From: Desulfobulbaceae bacterium DB1
GTDB taxonomy: Bacteria; Desulfobacterota; Desulfobulbia; Desulfobulbales; SURF-16
DNA: 64,000 nt
Direction: 5' to 3'
NCBI GenBank assembly: GCA_001914235.1
Contig: MQUF01000009.1
Span: 11,614 to 75,613, forward strand
Shown here: in pieces, positions 50,924-58,294 of the stretch
Layout of the letters: each line of letters begins with the position of its first letter
How positions within the stretch are numbered: position 1 is the first letter of the stretch
The notes under the pieces: model-generated
What the model was told of the DNA's origin: nothing
Databases searched by the model: none
The model's input: the letters and a program-made list of their open reading frames with translations, nothing else
Program-made: the position numbers and the translations under genes

Positions 50924-51538
50924 GATAATCTCTCCTTTTTCATTTTTTTTAGTAATTCTTCGGTTGGTGATTCCTCATTTGTCCTTCTGCGAAAACCGTC
51001 AAACGGTATTTCGTGGAAAACCATGGTTACTCGTTCTTTTTCACCTCCTTTCTCTTATGTTTTTTATTTACGTTAAGATCCGGCAATAGAATCACCGGCT
51101 TTTGTTCCTGCTCGAAAATGAAAGGGCAGGGGGGCAATGAGCTGTATCGCGCATCTCCTGCCGGCGATTGGCGTGGTTTCTCCTTTTTTAAATTTAGCAG
51201 AGGGGTGGAAGCCTCTGGGAGGTAACGATGGGGCCCGGGTTCACTCCTCACCAATCGGGCCGATCGTCTCGTCGTCCTCTGCTTGAACGAAACAGGAATT
51301 GGGGCGGGAAAAACACGGTCAAGGCAGGGAAAAGAAACAATGACATGGTTGATGATCGTAATTTAATGCCTTCACTTCTTCAGATCCTCCTTAGCAAAAA
51401 AAAAGAAGGGAAGAAATGTGGCAAATTGTCACACCATGATGGTGGGAGACGAAAGTCTTTCCTGTGAAGGAGATTGCTTGGTCCGGCTGGTGAAGAAAAA
51501 ACAACGGGCAGAGAAGGTGATTCACCCATCCTTTGCCG

Positions 51539-51958
51539 TCACTCGTCGCGGATTTTGCCTCGCATATTTTTTGTTCGGCCTCTTTGGGTTTTCTCCTGTA
51601 TCCGTTTTTCCTGTGAGCTTCGTGTCGGTTTTGTCGGTTTTCGTTTTTTCGGGATGACCGCAACGCTCCGTATCAGTTCCAGGAGTCGACGCAGGGCCTC
51701 TTCCCGGTTTTTTTCCAGACTCCGATAGGTCTGAGACTTGATAACGACCACACCCTCCGTCGTAATCCGCTGATCAGCTTTTTTCAGCAGTCTGGATTTA
51801 TAGAAATCAGGAAGGGAAGAGGCGGCGATGTCAAAACGCAGGTGAACGGCGGTCGACACCTTGTTGACATTCTGCCCCCCGGAACCCTGGGCGCGGATGG
51901 CGGTCATCTCTATTTCACTGTCGGCAATGGCCACGTTTTTGGATATCTGCAGCATCAC
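51539..51958 (-). CDS. arfB: Alternative ribosome-rescue factor ArfB (peptidyl-tRNA hydrolase, YaeJ family)
   Basis: 139 aa with the GGQ motif (GSGGQNVNKVSTAVHLRF) and a basic C-terminal tail. Confidence 0.9.
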   Translation of the reverse strand: MMLQISKNVAIADSEIEMTAIRAQGSGGQNVNKVSTAVHLRFDIAASSLPDFYKSRLLKKADQRITTEGVVVIKSQTYRSLEKNREEALRRLLELIRSVAVIPKKRKPTKPTRSSQEKRIQEKTQRGRTKNMRGKIRDE

Positions 51959-52266
51959 TGCTCACCTTTTTCCGTTTTTTTGATCAAATTATTTTTCGCC
52001 GCCAGGGACAGTTTTTTTATCTGGCACTCCCGTTTGCAGACAACGGATCGGGAGGCTCCTGTCTCGACGTAAACAAGCTCCACCGGTCGGCGCGTCCGGG
52101 TATAGCGGGAGCCGCCCCGCGAAGAATTGTGCTCGGATATCCGGCGCGTCGGGTTTGTGGTGACGCCGGTGTACAAGGTTCCGTCATTGCAGCGGACGAT
52201 ATAGACGTACCAGCCGTTTTCATGTATCATATTCGAATATTCAGCTCCCATGCCTGTCAACCGCAT
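51955..52266 (-). CDS. GIY-YIG nuclease-family protein (UPF0213/YhbQ-like)
   Basis: WYVYIVRCNDGTLYTGVTTNPTRRISEHN matches the GIY-YIG signature. Has a 4-nt overlap with arfB. Confidence 0.8.
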   Translation of the reverse strand: MRLTGMGAEYSNMIHENGWYVYIVRCNDGTLYTGVTTNPTRRISEHNSSRGGSRYTRTRRPVELVYVETGASRSVVCKRECQIKKLSLAAKNNLIKKTEKGEQ

Positions 52267-52298
52267 CGGTTTTTTATCTCTTTAACCAATAATACGCC

Positions 52299-53366
52299 AT
52301 GATTAACAGGATTTATCAGAATTTTTCGCAGAAGGCCGGTCTGCCCCCCGGAACCGTGGTTCATGTGGGGGAAAAGACAGAAGAACGGACCAGAATAGAC
52401 CTTATGCGTTTTACCCCAACGAAGATATTCGAGCAACAGTGTAACACGGTTGCGGAAATTGCAGATACGGCTGTTGATGCGGGGGCAATAACCTGGGTTC
52501 ATGTCAATGGGATTCACCAGCCACGAGTTGTTGAGGAGATAGGACGAAAATTTGATTTTCATGCGTTGATATTGGAGGATATCGCCAACACCGGACATCG
52601 GCCCAAAATCGATGAATGGGATGAGTATCTTTTTCTCGTCGTCAAGTCGCTCACCTATGACGAGCAATCGTTGTTTGTCATGCCGGCTCATGTCGCCTTT
52701 GTCTTCCGCGATGATGTCGTGGTATCCTTTCAGGAGTCGGGCCCGGACCTGTTTGCGTCGCTCCGGGAACGCATCCGGACCGGCAACGGACGGGTGCGGA
52801 AAAAGGGAGCTGACTATCTTCTTTACGCCCTGCTTGATACGGTGGTTGACGGCTATTATTCACTGCTGGAAAAGATGGGCGATCGGGTGGGAGACCTTGA
52901 AGAACTGGCCCTGGGGGGCGATGCCTCCGCCATTTTCCATGAAATACATGAGTTCAGGCAGGAGATGACCGTGATCCGCAGATCGATCTGGCCTCTGCGT
53001 GACATCATCAGTCGGCTTGAAAATAACGAGGCCTTTATCTCCGAGAACACCCGTCATTACCTGGCCGACGTCCATGATCATGTGATCCAGTCCATTGATA
53101 TCGCCGAAACCTTCCGGGACATGCTGGCCGGCCTGCAGGAAATCGCCCTTTCGCTCAACAGCAATAAAATGAATGAGATTATGAAGGTTCTTACCCTGAT
53201 CGCCACTATTTTCATTCCCTTAACCTTTATCGCCGGGGTTTACGGCATGAATTTCAAGTTTATGCCGGAACTTGAATGGAAATGGGGGTATTTCGCCGCA
53301 TTGGCTTTCATGTTTCTGGTGGGATGCTCAATGGGAATCTATTTTAAGAAAAAGAGCTGGTTGTAA
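52299..53366 (+). CDS. corA: CorA magnesium/cobalt transporter
   Basis: 355 aa with the GVYGMNF signature and two C-terminal TM helices. Confidence 0.9.
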   Translation: MINRIYQNFSQKAGLPPGTVVHVGEKTEERTRIDLMRFTPTKIFEQQCNTVAEIADTAVDAGAITWVHVNGIHQPRVVEEIGRKFDFHALILEDIANTGHRPKIDEWDEYLFLVVKSLTYDEQSLFVMPAHVAFVFRDDVVVSFQESGPDLFASLRERIRTGNGRVRKKGADYLLYALLDTVVDGYYSLLEKMGDRVGDLEELALGGDASAIFHEIHEFRQEMTVIRRSIWPLRDIISRLENNEAFISENTRHYLADVHDHVIQSIDIAETFRDMLAGLQEIALSLNSNKMNEIMKVLTLIATIFIPLTFIAGVYGMNFKFMPELEWKWGYFAALAFMFLVGCSMGIYFKKKSWL

Positions 53367-53393
53367 TCAACCTGCCGGGAAAAGGAACGTGTC

Positions 53394-54101
53394 ATGTCGG
53401 ATTATAACCTTAATTTTCGCGGTTTCACCACCTTCAGCCAACTGGCCCTTGATCTTGCCGAAAACATTGCCTTCAGGCTGCAGGCCGGGCTCGAAAAAAA
53501 CGGTGCCGCAAGTCTTGTGGTGTCTGGCGGCTCAACGCCGCTTCCTTTTTTCGACGCATTGGCCAAGCAGGAAATTGAATGGGGGAAGGTGATGATCACC
53601 CTGGCGGACGAACGATGGGTCGCCCCCGCAGACCCCGACAGCAATGAGCTTCTTGTGCGGACCCATCTGCTGACAGGCAGGGCGGCGACAGCCCGCTTCG
53701 TCGGCTTGATGAGCGACGGCACTTCAGCGGCAGGGGGCGAAGCTGCGTGCGAAAAAAAAATTGCAATAATCCCCAGGCCGTTTGATGCGGTGGTTCTCGG
53801 CATGGGCAATGACGGCCACACCGCTTCTTTTTTTCCGGGGGCGCGTAATCTTGCCGCGGCGACGGATATGGCATCCGGCAGGTTCTGCTGCGCCATGAGG
53901 CCTGTTGCCGCGCCCCATGAAAGAATGACCCTGACTCTGCCGACCCTGATCGATGCCCGCGCAATTTTTGTTCATCTGCGCGGCCGGGAAAAGTTGAAGG
54001 TTTTTGAGAAGGCCGTTGGTCCGGGTCCGTTGAACGAGATGCCCATTCGCTATGTGCTGGCCCAAGCAGCGGAGCCGGTTAATGTCTATTGGGCGCCGTG
54101 A
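53394..54101 (+). CDS. pgl: 6-phosphogluconolactonase
   Basis: 235 aa. Motifs SGGSTP, ADERWV and LGMGNDGHTASFFP. Confidence 0.85.
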   Translation: MSDYNLNFRGFTTFSQLALDLAENIAFRLQAGLEKNGAASLVVSGGSTPLPFFDALAKQEIEWGKVMITLADERWVAPADPDSNELLVRTHLLTGRAATARFVGLMSDGTSAAGGEAACEKKIAIIPRPFDAVVLGMGNDGHTASFFPGARNLAAATDMASGRFCCAMRPVAAPHERMTLTLPTLIDARAIFVHLRGREKLKVFEKAVGPGPLNEMPIRYVLAQAAEPVNVYWAP

Positions 54102-54282
54102 GTGGTCATTGCTGGTAATGAAAAGAAATTTACCGGGAAGCGGGTAGGTTTTTTTTAGAACAACTCGTTTGCTTTTTTGCGCGATTTGGTATATCGATAA
54201 TTTATAATTTTTGTTTTATTATCATTGAATTAGACGATATTTAATTGTTTATCCATAGGGGAACCCTATTAAGGGGGAAGAG

Positions 54283-54903
54283 ATGAATCAGTCCATAAAA
54301 TTGGATTGTCGCGGCCTGAAGTGCCCGCAACCGGTTTTGCAGACAAAAGACGCCCTGGAGCAGATGGCTGCGGGCGAGATAGAGGTCCTTGTGGATAATG
54401 ATGCATCCCGCAGCAATGTGGAGCGCTTTGCCAAAAGCCGGGGATGTTCGTCATCCGTGACTGAGCAGGACGGTCTTTACCGCATCACCATCAGGAAAAG
54501 CGGGGATTCTCGCCCCGCCGACGATGCCGGCGATGCATCCCGATACACATGTGAGCCCGTGCGCAGGGAGCTGGTTTACGTCGTGCCGTCCGACACCATG
54601 GGGCAGGGCAACGATGAATTGGGCCGGGTGCTGATGCGTGCCTATATCAAAACCATGAAAGACATCAGCCCGCTGCCGGCCAAGATTCTTTTTTTTAATA
54701 GCGGTGTCATGATCACGGCGAATGAATCCGACCTGATCGAACCTCTTCAGGATTTGGCGGCAAAAGGGGTGGAGATTTTTTCCTGCGGCACCTGTCTTGA
54801 TTTCCTGGGGTTGAAGGACAAACTGCTGGTCGGCAAAACCACCAACATGTACGAGATCATGCAGTCCATGGCAGGTGCCGACAAAGTCGTGAGTCCCTTT
54901 TGA
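54283..54903 (+). CDS. yedF: YedF-type selenium/sulfur metabolism protein (TusA-like N-domain plus DsrE-like C-domain)
   Basis: The TusA motif is LDCRGLKCPQPVLQ. The C-terminal DsrE/YedF-like part ends with SCGTCLDFLG. Confidence 0.75.
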   Translation: MNQSIKLDCRGLKCPQPVLQTKDALEQMAAGEIEVLVDNDASRSNVERFAKSRGCSSSVTEQDGLYRITIRKSGDSRPADDAGDASRYTCEPVRRELVYVVPSDTMGQGNDELGRVLMRAYIKTMKDISPLPAKILFFNSGVMITANESDLIEPLQDLAAKGVEIFSCGTCLDFLGLKDKLLVGKTTNMYEIMQSMAGADKVVSPF

Positions 54904-56075
54904 GCATCGTGTCTGCCGAACCTTCAGTCATTTATGCCGATAATGCGGCGACGTCCTTTCCCAAGCCGCCGGGGGTGGTTGAGACGGTCTGTCGACTTCT
55001 GGGGACAACCTCCTTGAGCCCGGGACGATCGGCTCATGCTTTCTCTTTGGAAAGCAGCAGGCATATCTTCGACACTCGTGAATTGCTGGCTGAACTCTTC
55101 AATTGCCCGGACTCAAGCCGCATCGCCTTTACCTGCAATGTCACCGAAGCCCTGAACCTGGGGATTTTCGGCCTGTTCGGCAACCGGCTCCAGCCGGGGG
55201 ACCACGTCATCACCACGGCTCTTGAGCATAATTCGGTCATGCGCCCTCTGCGCTACCTTGAAAAAACCGCGGATATCAAAATATCACTGCTGCCGATTGA
55301 TGCGGACGGCCGGGTCATGACAAGTGAACTTGCGCGGTTGCGCAGGAGCAATACAAAGCTCATTGTCATCAATCATGCTTCCAATGTCACCGGCGGCGTC
55401 GTTGACCTGGAAGCCGTGGGCAGGGAAAAGGGCGATGCCTTTTTCATGGTGGACGCCGCCCAGTCGGCCGGGGTCTTTCCCCTTGATGTGGAACGGATGA
55501 ACATTGACATGCTTGCTTTCACCGGCCATAAATCGCTTTTCGGGCCGACCGGCACCGGCGGTTTTTATCTGCGGCAGGGCGTTATGCTCCGCCCCATGAA
55601 AATGGGGGGGACGGGCAGCAATTCCGAGTTGGAAAGTCAACCTGATTTCATGCCGGATTGCTACGAGTCTGGAACACCCAACACACTGGGAATTGCCGGA
55701 CTGGGAGCCGGTATTTCCTTTATCGACAAAACCGGCATCGGGGTCATCAGGGCGCATGAACAGGGGCTGCGCCGTCTCTTTCTGGAAGGGCTGCGCCGGA
55801 TGGAGCATATTACGGTTTACGGCCCTGGAAACGATAGCCAATGCGCCGCGGTCGTCTCCCTGCGGGTCAAGGGAAAAAGCGAGTCGGAAGTGGCTCATAT
55901 TCTTGACCGCGAATTCGGCATCACGGTGCGAGCCGGTCTTCACTGCGCCCCGGCCGCGCATCGGGCCATCGGCTCGTTTCCCGCCGGTACCGTCCGTTTT
56001 TCCTTCGGTTATTTCAACACCGAGAGCGATGTTGCCACCTGTCTCACCGCCCTTGACATGATCGTCAAAAAATGA
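54900..56075 (+). CDS. Class V aminotransferase / cysteine desulfurase-family protein
   Basis: 391 aa with a 4-nt overlap with yedF. PLP-lysine region FTGHKSLFGPTG and C-terminal RAGLHCAP. Confidence 0.8.
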   Translation: MSIVSAEPSVIYADNAATSFPKPPGVVETVCRLLGTTSLSPGRSAHAFSLESSRHIFDTRELLAELFNCPDSSRIAFTCNVTEALNLGIFGLFGNRLQPGDHVITTALEHNSVMRPLRYLEKTADIKISLLPIDADGRVMTSELARLRRSNTKLIVINHASNVTGGVVDLEAVGREKGDAFFMVDAAQSAGVFPLDVERMNIDMLAFTGHKSLFGPTGTGGFYLRQGVMLRPMKMGGTGSNSELESQPDFMPDCYESGTPNTLGIAGLGAGISFIDKTGIGVIRAHEQGLRRLFLEGLRRMEHITVYGPGNDSQCAAVVSLRVKGKSESEVAHILDREFGITVRAGLHCAPAAHRAIGSFPAGTVRFSFGYFNTESDVATCLTALDMIVKK

Positions 56076-56088
56076 AATCCTTCTGATT

Positions 56089-56367
56089 ATGCCCTCACCG
56101 TTTCTTCACGAACCAACCTGCGTTGTTATCCTTTTTTCCATTCATTTTGTCCTGAAAGCGGAAAAGCTGCTCAAAAAAGAGTCTATCACTCATGATGTCA
56201 TCCCCGTGCCCCGGGAAATAAGTTCCGATTGCGGGATGGCGGTCGAGTTTCTCTGCCGGGACCAGGAAAGGGTTATGGATCTTTTGCGGTCCGCTTCCAT
56301 TCACATTGCCGGTCTCTACCGCAGAAAAGGGGAAGGGGGCTTTTGTTTGCTTTCCATCTCCGCCTAA
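56089..56367 (+). CDS. DUF3343-family small protein (putative Se/S carrier partner)
   Basis: 92 aa. Motif ILFSIHFVLKAEKLLKKESITHDVIPVPREISSDCGMAVEF. Commonly neighbours yedF and cysteine desulfurase genes. Confidence 0.65.
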   Translation: MPSPFLHEPTCVVILFSIHFVLKAEKLLKKESITHDVIPVPREISSDCGMAVEFLCRDQERVMDLLRSASIHIAGLYRRKGEGGFCLLSISA

Positions 56368-56601
56368 CGCGGCATCAGGATCTGAAAAACGATCTTTTTG
56401 ATAATGTGAACCTTTTTTTATCAGCATCAAACTTCACTAATCAACCGCCGGCGCATAGTCCGCTCTTTCTATTGCACTGAAACGCAACATTCTGTTTTAT
56501 CTCTGAAATCCTGCCGCCAACCTGAAAAATATTTTACTGAAAGGTTCCTGGACCATGTCTTGTGCAGGTGTAACTAACTGTTATTGCGTTTTTTTCATTC
56601 C

Positions 56602-56629
56602 TTGACAGATGATGCGGAATTGCTATGAT
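56602..56629 (+). promoter_or_regulatory. Sigma70-like promoter candidate upstream of the 140-aa ORF
   Basis: TTGACA (56602-56607), a 16-nt spacer, then TATGAT (56624-56629), about 90 nt upstream of the ATG at 56722. Confidence 0.45.
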
Positions 56630-56721
56630 TTAGATAGAATTCAACTTCTCGTTTTAAACCTGTACCCCATCTAAAGCCAAAAATGACAAGGCAAATCGAA
56701 TGATTAAAAGAGGAGGCGGCT

Positions 56722-57144
56722 ATGGGATTTTTGGAAAAATTTTTCGGTGGCGGCAAGAAATACCCCCCCTTGGGGGCGGAAAATCCGGCGGCAAAAAAAA
56801 TAGAAGCAATGAAAAGCCTGCTGGAGAAAATCTCCAGTGAGGTTTCCGACCCCATGGAGGTGGTCCCTGCCGATGACACGGCCTTTGTTTTTATCGGCAA
56901 CCCGAACAAGAATTTCGGCATGGCCTGGGTTAATAACGGCAAGGTGCAGAATTTTAAGACACTGGCCGATGAAAAAGGGATCGCCCAGCAGCAACTGATT
57001 CTGATGCATAAAAAATTGCAGGACGCCTATCATCGCAGCGGTGACGACAAAAGATACTCAATGACAATCGGTGGTAAAAGTGTTGTGGTAACACCATCGA
57101 GTGATCTGGCAAGGGAGGTAAAAGACATTATCGGTAATGCCTGA
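56722..57144 (+). CDS. Hypothetical cytoplasmic protein (140 aa)
   Basis: Strong RBS (AGAGGAGG), its own promoter candidate and a downstream terminator. No family was recognised. Confidence 0.65.
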   Translation: MGFLEKFFGGGKKYPPLGAENPAAKKIEAMKSLLEKISSEVSDPMEVVPADDTAFVFIGNPNKNFGMAWVNNGKVQNFKTLADEKGIAQQQLILMHKKLQDAYHRSGDDKRYSMTIGGKSVVVTPSSDLAREVKDIIGNA

Positions 57145-57225
57145 ATAATGATAGTGATTCAGCCCCGGTTTTGGATCACTGCCGATAACGTCGTATAAAT
57201 AAAGGCTTTTGGGATACAGTTTTGA

Positions 57226-57257
57226 ACCCGTTTCCTGCTTGGGAGCGGGTTTTTTTG
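57226..57257 (+). terminator. Rho-independent terminator candidate
   Basis: Imperfect stem ACCCGTTTCC / GGGAGCGGGT followed by T7. Confidence 0.55.
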
Positions 57258-57432
57258 TATTTTGCCCCGACCTTCCCGCAAAGTAGAGAGAAAATTGCTT
57301 TGTCTGTTCAGCCGATGACGGGATCAAGACGGCAATCATCACCGGTTAAAAAAAATGACATGAGCCGCGGAGTATTATATAATTTATTGTGATTTTCTCT
57401 TGATATTGCAACCTTAACAAGGAAGGGTCATT

Positions 57433-58293
57433 ATGAAGCGTCTTGTTCAGCGCACCCTGTGGGCGATTGCCGTGATTGGCATAGTGTTCCCCGCCGCTCT
57501 GCACGCCGCCGCCAAGGGTGACTCTCTCGTGCTCGGTGTTTTCCCGTATATCTCGGCGAACCAGATGGTGGAACAGCTCTCCCCCCTGGTCAAACGCATT
57601 GAGCAGGCGCTGGGCAAGAAGATCATTATGGTTTCCGCGCCTGACTTCATGAGCTATGTGCAACGCACGGCCAAAGGCGAATACGACCTGGTGCTCACCG
57701 CCCCTCACATGGGTCGTCTCGCCCAGAAACGCGACGGGTGGCAGCTTGTCGTCATGACCGGCCAACAGACCGCCACGGTCATCCTGGTGCGCAAGGACTC
57801 CGGCATAGAGAGGATTGAGGATCTCCGGGGCAGGAAAATGGCCGTCGGAAACTGGCGATCCGTGACCTATCTTTTGGCCGAGGAGGCTCTCGCCCACAAG
57901 GGACTTACCTTGGGCAAGGATGTGGAAATCGTGGAAACGGCCACATTCTCCAACGTGGTCCAGTCCGTGTTCCTGGGGGAAGTGGATGCCGGCGCAACCC
58001 CGACCCTGCTCTGGGACAAGTGGGAACACGTTAACGAAGAACAGCATAGCGGGCTCCGCGAGATTTTCCGGGCGAAAAAACCCGCGCCCCCCTCTTTTTT
58101 AGTGATGCTTCCCCCCAAGACCGATCAGCAAATGATTCTCCGCTTGCGCGAATCGCTGCTCGGTTTTCAGGATACCGCGGAAGGCAAGGCTTTTTTGCAG
58201 AAAAGCCAGTTTGAATCCTTCCTGCCCCCGGACGACGAGGCCATGACGCGCATCGACCCCTACGTTCACGTCCTGGTTGAGCCGCAGCAATAA
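57433..58293 (+). CDS. PhnD-like periplasmic substrate-binding protein (phosphonate/phosphite-binding fold)
   Basis: 286 aa with a signal peptide. Motif LVLGVFPYISANQMVEQLSPLVKRIEQALG, with the type-2 periplasmic binding protein pattern throughout. Confidence 0.7.
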   Translation: MKRLVQRTLWAIAVIGIVFPAALHAAAKGDSLVLGVFPYISANQMVEQLSPLVKRIEQALGKKIIMVSAPDFMSYVQRTAKGEYDLVLTAPHMGRLAQKRDGWQLVVMTGQQTATVILVRKDSGIERIEDLRGRKMAVGNWRSVTYLLAEEALAHKGLTLGKDVEIVETATFSNVVQSVFLGEVDAGATPTLLWDKWEHVNEEQHSGLREIFRAKKPAPPSFLVMLPPKTDQQMILRLRESLLGFQDTAEGKAFLQKSQFESFLPPDDEAMTRIDPYVHVLVEPQQ

Positions 58294-58294
58294 T

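Noticed and set aside
51231-51262. A GGGTTCACTCC segment resembling a tRNA T-arm in the long intergenic region.
   Set aside because: The flanking bases do not form a T-stem, and no acceptor or anticodon arms can be drawn. It is not a tRNA or tmRNA.
50924-51538. A c-di-GMP/cGAMP (GEMM-I) riboswitch upstream of the octaheme cytochrome gene.
   Set aside because: I searched the minus strand by eye for the conserved GEMM core elements and the tetraloop/receptor arrangement and found none. This cannot be excluded without an Infernal scan.
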